Shown here in pieces: positions 26,535 through 33,605 of a DNA stretch of 33,605 bases (position 1 is its first letter; each line of letters opens with the position of its first letter). Made by a program: the position numbers and the translations under genes. Source of the DNA: Pseudomonadota bacterium (GTDB taxonomy: Bacteria; Pseudomonadota; Gammaproteobacteria; Burkholderiales; Casimicrobiaceae); contig JBKPOL010000085.1 in the NCBI GenBank assembly GCA_046733075.1, forward strand, positions 1-33,605, given 5' to 3'. The notes beneath the pieces were generated by a model. The model searched no databases. It was given only the letters and a program-made list of their open reading frames with translations, and was not told the DNA's origin.

Positions 26535-27527
26535 TTACGGCAAGGAGGCCGTGGTCCGAAGGCGGGCCTGCATCCGCTGGACGGCGGCGATCAGTGCCTG
26601 CGTCGTTCCCGGCTCGCGCACTGAGTGACCCGCGTCCGGGATGACGATGTATTCCGCTTCCCGCCACGCGCGCGCAAGTGCGTCCGCCGCCGCAGGCGGA
26701 CAGATGATGTCGTAGCGTCCCTGAACGATCGTGCACGGCAGATGACGGATCCGCCACAGGTTCGCGATGATCCGGTCGTCCTCGATGAACGCATCGTGCA
26801 TGAAGTAGTGCGCTTCGATCCGGGCGATCGCGAGCGCACCGGCGTCGCCGTCAAGCCGGCCATTGCCGTTCGGCTTCGGCAGCAGCGTCGAGCAGGCGCT
26901 TTCGTAGGTATCCCACGCGTGCGCTGCCGCGGCATTCACTTGCGCATCGCGGCTCGTCAGCCGCCGATAATAGTTGCCGAGTACGTCCAGGCGCTCTTCG
27001 GGAGGGAGGAAACCGATGAACGCGCGCCATGCTTCGGGAAAGATCCGCGACATCCCGTGCATGAACCAGTCGATCTCCCCTTTCGTGGCAAGGAACACGC
27101 CGCGCAGGACAAGGCCCAGCACGCGGTCGGGATGCGCTTCGGCATACAGCAATGCAAGCGTCGAGCCCCACGATCCGCCGAAGAGCAGCCAGCGATCGAT
27201 GCGCAGGTGGTCCCGCAATCGTTCGATGTCATCGATCAGGTGGGCGGTCGTGTTGTCCGCCAGCTCGGCGGTCGGCGTCGACCGGCCGGCGCCCCGTTGA
27301 TCGTACAGGACGATCCGCCAGAACGTCGGATCATAGAACCTGCGATGGTGCGGCAAGCTGCCGCCGCCCGGGCCGCCGTGAATGAACAGCAGCGGCACCC
27401 CGGACGCGTTACCGCATTCCTCCCAGTGCATCGCGTGGCGCGCATCGAGCTTCAGCATGCCGCTCACGCGCGGAGTGCAATCCGGATAGAGCGGCGGATC
27501 CGGTAACTGGCGAACGGAATCGATCAT
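26535..27527 (-). CDS. pip: Proline iminopeptidase
   Basis: HGGPGGG, DQRGAGRSTP, FGGSWGSTL, LVLRG, ARIEAHYF, QGRYD, AGHS. Confidence 0.95.
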   Translation of the reverse strand: MIDSVRQLPDPPLYPDCTPRVSGMLKLDARHAMHWEECGNASGVPLLFIHGGPGGGSLPHHRRFYDPTFWRIVLYDQRGAGRSTPTAELADNTTAHLIDDIERLRDHLRIDRWLLFGGSWGSTLALLYAEAHPDRVLGLVLRGVFLATKGEIDWFMHGMSRIFPEAWRAFIGFLPPEERLDVLGNYYRRLTSRDAQVNAAAAHAWDTYESACSTLLPKPNGNGRLDGDAGALAIARIEAHYFMHDAFIEDDRIIANLWRIRHLPCTIVQGRYDIICPPAAADALARAWREAEYIVIPDAGHSVREPGTTQALIAAVQRMQARLRTTASLP

Positions 27528-27574
27528 CGAGGGTGCTGCGCAATTCCAAGGCGACGACGGTATCATCGCACTTC

Positions 27575-28765
27575 ATGGGTGCATCGCTGCGCGACAAGCT
27601 AACGCCCGGGACCTGCCTGCCCGTCGACGCCGGCGACGCGGTCTTGGTCGGGCGCGTCTTTCTGCCATCGGTCGGCGGACCCACGCTTGTCCGCGTCCAC
27701 GGCGACGATCTCGTCGACCTGTCAACGATCGCGCCGACATCGAGCGAGCTCCTCGACCGCCCGAACATCGCCGAACGGGTTCGCGCGGCGGGGTCGCCGA
27801 GCATCGGTTCGCTCGCTCGCGCGCTTGCCAATTCCTCAAGCGAACAGCGCGACGTCGCCGAGCCCTGGCTTCTCGCGCCCTGTGATCTTCAGGCCATCAA
27901 GGCAGCGGGCGTCACGTTCGTCGCGAGCATGCTGGAGCGCGTCATCGAGGAGCAGGCGCGCGGCGATGCTTCCAAAGCCGAAGGCGTACGCCGGAAGATC
28001 GTGGCCGCGATCGGTGACAACCTCCGCAGCGTGCGGCCGGGGTCGCCCGAGGCCGCGCGCGTCAAGGACGTTCTACTCGCCGAAGGATTGTGGTCGCAGT
28101 ACCTCGAAGTAGGCATTGGACCGGATGCCGAAATCTTCACCAAGTCGCAGCCAATGTCGGCGGTCGGCACCGGCGCCGACATCGGCATTCACCGCAAGTC
28201 GACGTGGAACAATCCCGAGCCGGAGATCGTGCTCGCGATCAATTCCCGGGGCGAAACGGTGGGCGCGACGCTCGGCAACGACGTCAACTTGCGCGATTTC
28301 GAAGGACGCAGTGCGCTCCTGCTCGGCAAGGCCAAGGACAACAACGCGTCATGCGCGATCGGGCCCTTCATCCGCCTGTTCGACGACGCTTTCACGATCG
28401 ACACGGTCCGTCGCGCGGACATCGCGCTGACCGTCGAGGGCGAGGACGACTTCCGGTTAGACGGATTGAGCTCGATCGGCCAGATCAGCCGCGATCCCCT
28501 CGATCTCGCGGCCGAGGCGATCGGCAGCAATCACCAGTACCCGGACGGCCTCGTGCTGTTCCTCGGCACGATGTTCGCACCCACGCAGGACCGGCACGCG
28601 CCGGGACTCGGCTTCACCCACGACATCGGCGACATCGTCACGATCGCCGCCCCTTCGCTCGGCACGCTTGTGAATCGCGTCGATTATGCGGATGAAATCG
28701 AGCCGTGGACCTTCGGTGCGGGCGCGCTGATGCGGAACCTCGCGGCGCGCGGACTCCTTCGGTAG
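27575..28765 (+). CDS. xylX: FAH-superfamily 2-keto-3-deoxy-xylonate dehydratase-like protein
   Basis: LAPCDLQAIKAAGVTF, LERVIEE.ARGD, GLWSQYLEVGIGPDAEIFTK, NDVNLRDFEGRSALLL, C-terminal NLAARGLL; closely recalls Caulobacter XylX. Confidence 0.8.
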   Translation: MGASLRDKLTPGTCLPVDAGDAVLVGRVFLPSVGGPTLVRVHGDDLVDLSTIAPTSSELLDRPNIAERVRAAGSPSIGSLARALANSSSEQRDVAEPWLLAPCDLQAIKAAGVTFVASMLERVIEEQARGDASKAEGVRRKIVAAIGDNLRSVRPGSPEAARVKDVLLAEGLWSQYLEVGIGPDAEIFTKSQPMSAVGTGADIGIHRKSTWNNPEPEIVLAINSRGETVGATLGNDVNLRDFEGRSALLLGKAKDNNASCAIGPFIRLFDDAFTIDTVRRADIALTVEGEDDFRLDGLSSIGQISRDPLDLAAEAIGSNHQYPDGLVLFLGTMFAPTQDRHAPGLGFTHDIGDIVTIAAPSLGTLVNRVDYADEIEPWTFGAGALMRNLAARGLLR

Positions 28766-28788
28766 CGCTTCGCAGCCATCGAGAGGCG

Positions 28789-28804
28789 GTCGGCAACGGC
28801 CGAC
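28789..28804. terminator. GC hairpin between convergent genes
   Basis: GTCGGC-AACG-GCCGAC; no U-tract. Confidence 0.3.
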
Positions 28805-28826
28805 GCGAACCAGCTTCGAGGACGCT

Positions 28827-29726
28827 TTAGGCAACGGCCGCGGTCGCCTTCGCCGTTTCCGGCGCAGCAGCCCGCCGACCCTTGAACGGCACGACGCGCT
28901 GCCGTTGTTCACCGAGTCCTTCGATGCCCAGGGTGACGACGTCCCCCGCCTTCAGCCATTGCGGCGGCTTCATGCCGAGCGCGACGCCAGGCGGCGTCCC
29001 TGTGGTGATCAGGTCGCCCGGCAGCAGAGTCATGTAGCGGGATACGTCGGCAACCAGCTCGGCGACGCCGAAGATCATCGTGCGCGTGTTGCCCGTCTGC
29101 CGGCGTTCGCCGTTGACGTCGAGCCACATGTCGAGGTTCTGCACATCCTTGATTTCGTCGGGTGTCACGAGCCACGGACCGGTGGGACCGAAGGTGTCGC
29201 AACCCTTGCCTTTGCTCCATTGGCTCGCGCTGCGCTTCAGCTGGAACTCGCGTTCGGACACGTCGTTCACGACGCAAAAGCCGGCCACATACCGCATGGC
29301 ATCCTTCGCCGAGACGTATCGCGCGGTGCGGCCGATGACGACGCCGAGTTCCACTTCCCAATCGAGTTGCGTGGAATCCTGCGGGATCATGATGTTGTCG
29401 TTCGCGCCCACGATGCACGTCGGCGACTTGAAGAACACGACGGGATTCTCGGGGATCGGCGAGCCGGTTTCCTTCGCGTGGTCGCTGTAGTTGAGGCCAA
29501 TCGCCACGAACTTCGACGGCATGGCGACGCACGGGCCGAGGCGCGGCCGGCCCTTGACGGCGGGCAGGCGCCGCACGTCGAGCTTCCGCAGGCCCGATAA
29601 CGCGATCGGCGCGAGTGCATCCGCGTCGATGTCCTTGACCTTGCGCGACAGGTCACGCAGAACGCCGTCGGCGTCGATCAGTCCGGGCTTCTCGCGGCCC
29701 GGTGGTCCAAAACGTACGAGCTTCAT
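28827..29726 (-). CDS. Fumarylacetoacetate-hydrolase-family protein (2,4-diketo-3-deoxy-sugar-acid hydrolase-like)
   Basis: IGLNYSDH, DWEVELG, NDVSEREFQ, WSKGKGCDTF, GDLITTGTPPGV. Confidence 0.88.
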   Translation of the reverse strand: MKLVRFGPPGREKPGLIDADGVLRDLSRKVKDIDADALAPIALSGLRKLDVRRLPAVKGRPRLGPCVAMPSKFVAIGLNYSDHAKETGSPIPENPVVFFKSPTCIVGANDNIMIPQDSTQLDWEVELGVVIGRTARYVSAKDAMRYVAGFCVVNDVSEREFQLKRSASQWSKGKGCDTFGPTGPWLVTPDEIKDVQNLDMWLDVNGERRQTGNTRTMIFGVAELVADVSRYMTLLPGDLITTGTPPGVALGMKPPQWLKAGDVVTLGIEGLGEQRQRVVPFKGRRAAAPETAKATAAVA

Positions 29727-29754
29727 GTGCGAATCCTCTTGTGATTGGTTAGCC

Positions 29755-30510
29755 CTAGATCGTCATGCCGCCGTCGCAGGAGTACACGTTGCCCGTGACG
29801 AACGCGGCCTCGTCCGAGGCGAGGAACACGATCATGGGCGCGATCTCTTCCGGTTTGGCGAGTCTGCCCATCGGCTGACGCGCGATGAACATCTTGCGCG
29901 CTTCAACGGGATCGGGGAATGCGTTGATGCGCTCCGCAAGCGATGGCGTGTCGACGGTTCCCGGCGCGATCGCATTGCAGCGGACGCCGCGCTGCACGTA
30001 ATCGGCGGCAACGCTCTTCGTGAGGCCGATGACGGCGGCCTTTGACGTTCCGTATGCGAACCGGTTGGGCAGGCCTTTGATGGATCCCGCGATGGATGCC
30101 ATGTTGACGATGCTCGTGCCCTGGCCCGTCGTGTCAAAATGGGCCAGCATCTTCGGCAGCGCCGCGCGGATCGCGACGTACATCGCGCGCACGTTCAGGT
30201 TGAAACTGAACTCCCAGTCCTTCGGTGCGCAGTCCAGGATCGTGCCGTGGTGCACGTATCCCGCGCAGTTGAACAGGATCTGCAGGGGAGGCATCTCGTC
30301 GAAGAGCGCGGCGACGGCGGCGTCCTCCAGCACGTCCAGCCGGCGCGTCGTGAGGTTCGCGACTCCTGCCATGTCCCGAAGCGGCGCTTCGTTCACATCG
30401 GTCGCAATGACCCGCGCGCCTTCCTTTGCCATCGCGAGCGCCGTGGCGCGACCGATGCCCTGACCGGCGGCGGTCACGAGCGCAGTCTTGCCTTCGAGTC
30501 GACCTGCCAT
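29755..30510 (-). CDS. BDH2/DHRS6-like SDR (2-keto-3-deoxy-L-fuconate dehydrogenase-like)
   Basis: TAAGQGIG, NCAGYVHHGTILDC, FNLNVRAMY, YGTSK, PGTVDTPSL, RQPMGR. Confidence 0.88.
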   Translation of the reverse strand: MAGRLEGKTALVTAAGQGIGRATALAMAKEGARVIATDVNEAPLRDMAGVANLTTRRLDVLEDAAVAALFDEMPPLQILFNCAGYVHHGTILDCAPKDWEFSFNLNVRAMYVAIRAALPKMLAHFDTTGQGTSIVNMASIAGSIKGLPNRFAYGTSKAAVIGLTKSVAADYVQRGVRCNAIAPGTVDTPSLAERINAFPDPVEARKMFIARQPMGRLAKPEEIAPMIVFLASDEAAFVTGNVYSCDGGMTI

Positions 30511-30566
30511 CTGCCGTTCGATCCCTCGCGGAGAACGGCGGATTCTACGCCAGATCGATGCTCACC

Positions 30567-31310
30567 TCACGCGTATGCCCCGGCTGCACCCTGCATGAAC
30601 GTATCCACGAGGAATGCGAACGCGATGCGCCACGCGGCCTCTGCCGCGGGCGCATGATAGCTGTCGCGGTCGAACGTCGCGAATGCGTGCGGCGCGTCGG
30701 GCAGGACTGCGAGCGTGTAGCGCTTGTTCGCATCGCTCAGGCCCTTGGCAATGCGTGCGTGCTCGTCGCTGCCGATCGATGCGTCGCGCGCACCGTAGAT
30801 CAGCAGCTGTGGCGCAGCGAGGTCCGCCATCCGGTCGATCAGCGGCCTGCTCTTGCCGCCCGGCTCCGGCGGCGCGATCCCGCCACCATAGAAGGACACG
30901 GCCGCTGCGAGTCGCGCGCCATGGACGGCGTTTGCGAGAAAGGCGAGTCGGCCCCCCATGCAGAAGCCCACGACGGCGAGCCGGCCGTCGCGCGCGCCCT
31001 GGGCCACCAGCATGTCCAGCGCCGCACCGACTTCCCGCATTGCCACGTCGTCGTCGACTTCGTTCACGCGCGCGATTGCCCGCTCGCGGTCCGTGTACTC
31101 GAACGTGTCCCCATGGAAGACGTCGGGCGCCAACGCCATGTAGCCCGCCTTCGCGAAGCGCTCGCACACGCCTTTCACGAAAGCGTTGAGCCCGAACGCC
31201 TCCATCATGACGACCACGCCGATCCCCGGCACGCCGTTCGGCTTCGCGAGATAGCCGGAGACGCCTGGACCAATCGACAGAAACGCCGTGTGAAGCGCTG
31301 AAGCCACCAT
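30567..31310 (-). CDS. Dienelactone hydrolase (Cys nucleophile)
   Basis: MEAFGLN, GFCMGG, FYGGGI, RDASI, PHAF. Start is ATG 31310 or GTG 31508. Confidence 0.88.
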   Translation of the reverse strand: MVASALHTAFLSIGPGVSGYLAKPNGVPGIGVVVMMEAFGLNAFVKGVCERFAKAGYMALAPDVFHGDTFEYTDRERAIARVNEVDDDVAMREVGAALDMLVAQGARDGRLAVVGFCMGGRLAFLANAVHGARLAAAVSFYGGGIAPPEPGGKSRPLIDRMADLAAPQLLIYGARDASIGSDEHARIAKGLSDANKRYTLAVLPDAPHAFATFDRDSYHAPAAEAAWRIAFAFLVDTFMQGAAGAYA

Positions 31311-31586
31311 CAGGCTGCTCGTTCGCAACAGGGTTGGCAAGGCGAAGCATGCGACTGCCGGCCCCGCCCCCGCAAGCGGGGCGCACGCGTAATGCGGTGC
31401 CGCGCCGATGGGTGTTGCGTGCATGCATGACGCATGCTGCGCCCCGCCCGGCATCGCGCTTTCGCGATAGCCGCGCATTCGCTCGTTCGACGGGACGCCT
31501 CGGTTCACCCACGCCGCCTCCGGTTCGCATGATAGTTACCAAGATCACAGATCGAGGGCAATGATGCGGAGATGATCTACAAGCAT

Positions 31587-31627
31587 TGGTCATACCACTT
31601 GACCACCCCACCCGGCGCCGGTAGCCT
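31587..31627 (+). promoter_or_regulatory. FadR-type operator next to a sigma70 promoter of the regulator gene
   Basis: Palindrome TGGT-CAT-ACCA (31587-31597); -35 TTGACC (31599-31604), 17-bp spacer, -10 TAGCCT (31622-31627). Confidence 0.65.
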
Positions 31628-31668
31628 TCGTCGATTCGCACGGGAACGACCGCCCGCGCTCGCCGTCC

Positions 31669-32373
31669 ATGCCGTTCCAGAGCATCGAACCCCGTCGCCT
31701 GTACCGTCAGATCGCCGACCAGATCCGCGGACTGATCAAGGGCGGCGAATACCGTGCAGGCGCGCGGTTGCCACCGGAACGTGACCTGGCGCGACAACTC
31801 GGCGTGTCCCGACCCTCGGTGCGCGAGGCGCTGATCGCGCTCGAAGTGGAAGGCCTGGTCGAGGTGCGCATAGGATCGGGGATCTATGTCCGCGCCCACG
31901 AAGCGACGGCTGGCTCGAAAGCGCCGGAAGCGACGGCCGGGCCGTTCGAGCTGCTTCGGGCGCGTTATGTCATCGAGTCGGAGTGCGCCGCGCTTGCAGC
32001 GAAATCGGCGAAGCGCGCTCAGCTCAACGCGATCGAGGATGCGCTGGACGAGATGGATCGGGATATGGATGCGGGTCGTCAGCCCTTGCCGAGCGATCGC
32101 CTGTTCCATCTGCGCGTTGCGGAGGCAACCGGGAATGGCGCGCTCGTTCACGTGATCAAGCTGCTGTGGGATGAGCGCACCGGGGAGCTCTTCACGCGGC
32201 TGGAGCATCATTACGACACGCCGGAGCTGTGGCGGAGCGCGATGAACGAGCACCGAGCCGTACTGAAATCGATCGCCGCGCACGACCCCGACGCGGCTCG
32301 CGCGGCAATGCAGCGTCACATGAACCAGGCGTACAAGCGATTCAGCAAAGGCTGGAACGCGCGCACCTCGTAG
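31669..32373 (+). CDS. GntR/FadR-family transcriptional regulator
   Basis: RLPPERDLARQLGVSRPSVREALIALEVEG wHTH; FCD motifs DRLFH..VAEATGN and EHRAV...MQRH. Confidence 0.95.
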   Translation: MPFQSIEPRRLYRQIADQIRGLIKGGEYRAGARLPPERDLARQLGVSRPSVREALIALEVEGLVEVRIGSGIYVRAHEATAGSKAPEATAGPFELLRARYVIESECAALAAKSAKRAQLNAIEDALDEMDRDMDAGRQPLPSDRLFHLRVAEATGNGALVHVIKLLWDERTGELFTRLEHHYDTPELWRSAMNEHRAVLKSIAAHDPDAARAAMQRHMNQAYKRFSKGWNARTS

Positions 32374-32399
32374 CATTTTTGCTGACCAAGGAGATAGCC

Positions 32400-33422
32400 A
32401 TGCTCGCCTGCCGGATCCATGCCAAGGAAGACCTGCGCGTCGAGGCTGCCGATATGCCTGTCGTCGGTCCCGGTGAAGTGCTGCTGAAGCTCGGTGCGGG
32501 CGGCATCTGCGGCTCTGACCTGCATTATTTCTTCGAAGGCCGCAACGGAAGCTTCGTGGTGCGTGAGCCGCTGATTCCCGGTCACGAAGCGTCGGCCGTC
32601 GTCGCTGCCGTCGGGGCCGGCGTCGTGCGGGTGAAGCCGGGTGACAAGGTCGCCGTGAGCCCGTCGCACGCATGCGGGCGCTGTTCTTATTGTCGTGAGG
32701 GTCGCGAGCAGTTGTGCGAGCAGATGAAGTTCCTCGGCAGCGCGAGCCGCTTCCCGCACGTGCAGGGAATGTTCAGCGAGTATTTCGTGATGGGCGAGCG
32801 CCAGTGCTACCCGGTCGGCGGCGACGTCTCGCTCGGCGAGCTCGCGTTCGCGGAGCCGCTCGCCGTCGGACTCCACGCGGTGAATCGCGGCGGCGACCTG
32901 CTCGGCAAATCGGTGCTCGTGGCGGGCGCCGGGACGATCGGCTGCGTCACGGTTCTCGCGGCCCGCCTTGCCGGCGCCGCTAAGGTCACCGTGAGCGACA
33001 TCCTCGATCGGCCGCTCGCGCAGGCGAGGATCGTCGGTGCGGATGCCACGCTGCATGCGGCACGTGACGCCGAGGCGCTGCGTACCCCGCAGTTCGACGT
33101 TGCGTACGAAGCGTCGGGCAGCTTTGCCGCGCTCAAGACGTGCGTCGCCGCGACAAGGCGAGGTGGCGTCATCGTGCAGGTCGGCACGTTGCCGCACGAA
33201 CCTCTGCCGTTCGTCGTGAACGAACTGATGGCGAAGGAGCTCGACCTGCGCGGCGCATTTCGCTGGGGCATCGAATTCGATTGGGCCGTCGCCTATCTTG
33301 CTTCGCGCAAGGTGGACGTGCGGCCGCTACTGTCTTCCCAGTATCCGCTGTCGCAGGCCGTCGAAGCATTCCACGCGGCCGCCGACAAGAATCGCAGCAC
33401 GAAGGTACAGCTGGTGGCGTAG
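32400..33422 (+). CDS. idnD: L-idonate 5-dehydrogenase-like Zn-dependent MDR
   Basis: GGICGSDLHY, GHE, CGRCSYC...C, GSASRFPHVQGMF, FAEPLAV, GAGTIG; SD AAGGAG. Confidence 0.8.
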   Translation: MLACRIHAKEDLRVEAADMPVVGPGEVLLKLGAGGICGSDLHYFFEGRNGSFVVREPLIPGHEASAVVAAVGAGVVRVKPGDKVAVSPSHACGRCSYCREGREQLCEQMKFLGSASRFPHVQGMFSEYFVMGERQCYPVGGDVSLGELAFAEPLAVGLHAVNRGGDLLGKSVLVAGAGTIGCVTVLAARLAGAAKVTVSDILDRPLAQARIVGADATLHAARDAEALRTPQFDVAYEASGSFAALKTCVAATRRGGVIVQVGTLPHEPLPFVVNELMAKELDLRGAFRWGIEFDWAVAYLASRKVDVRPLLSSQYPLSQAVEAFHAAADKNRSTKVQLVA

Positions 33423-33443
33423 TCAATTCACGGAGGAGGAACG

Positions 33444-33605
33444 ATGCGCTTCATAACGAAGTTGCTGATGGTGATCGCGGCCGTTGCCGGGTTGATGGCG
33501 GGGGGTCCGGCGAGTGCGCAGACAAAGCTCAAGTGGGCGCACGTCTACGAGACGTCCGAACCATTTCACAAATGGTCTGCGTGGGCAGCAGGCGAGATCG
33601 AGAAG
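33444..33605 (+). CDS. TRAP transporter substrate-binding protein DctP/SiaP-like (5' part only, runs off window)
   Basis: SD GGAGGAGG; MRFITKLLMVIAAVAGLMAGGPASA-QTKLKWAHVYETSEPFHKW. Not in the supplied ORF track. Confidence 0.85.
   Translation, partial: MRFITKLLMVIAAVAGLMAGGPASAQTKLKWAHVYETSEPFHKWSAWAAGEIEK

Noticed and set aside
26521-26757. 79-aa N-terminal extension of BioA
   Set aside because: Overlaps the pip 3' end; family similarity starts near 26520.
30562-32673. 703-aa minus-strand ORF
   Set aside because: High-GC shadow ORF across the hydrolase, fadR and idnD genes; no domain motifs.
1-33605. CRISPR array, tRNA/rRNA, IS element, toxin-antitoxin or anti-phage defence genes
   Set aside because: No spaced repeat array, cloverleaf, transposase or defence-family motif recognised by eye; tRNAscan-SE, Infernal and DefenseFinder runs would confirm.

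Overview
High-GC betaproteobacterial (Burkholderiales-like) chromosomal segment with two parts. (1) About 1-6400 is a gene-sparse accessory region that looks less GC-rich by eye. It holds a Cache-type sensor histidine kinase, two stand-alone receiver proteins, small hypothetical ORFs and an atypical M23 peptidase. It ends at the 5' end of dusA, where a perfect 8-bp inverted repeat resembles the core of a dusA-type integration site; no integrase is visible. (2) About 6400-33605 is mostly housekeeping. It carries dusA; hemC-hemD, separated from hemX-hemY by three inserted genes; an AscD/Fre-like reductase; ubiA; a family-6 DNA glycosylase; hydrolases; a broken SRPBCC gene; ubiD; elaB; a cupin; a membrane protein with a sigma32-like promoter; and pip-bioA-dacB. 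It ends in a FadR-controlled sugar-acid catabolic cluster (XylX-like dehydratase, FAH hydrolase, BDH2-like SDR, dienelactone hydrolase, IdnD-like dehydrogenase) and a TRAP binding protein cut off by the window end. No tRNA, rRNA, CRISPR array, transposase or integrase was recognised. Product calls come from motif recognition by eye, not database searches. I did not find a clearly novel system; the best leads are listed as findings.
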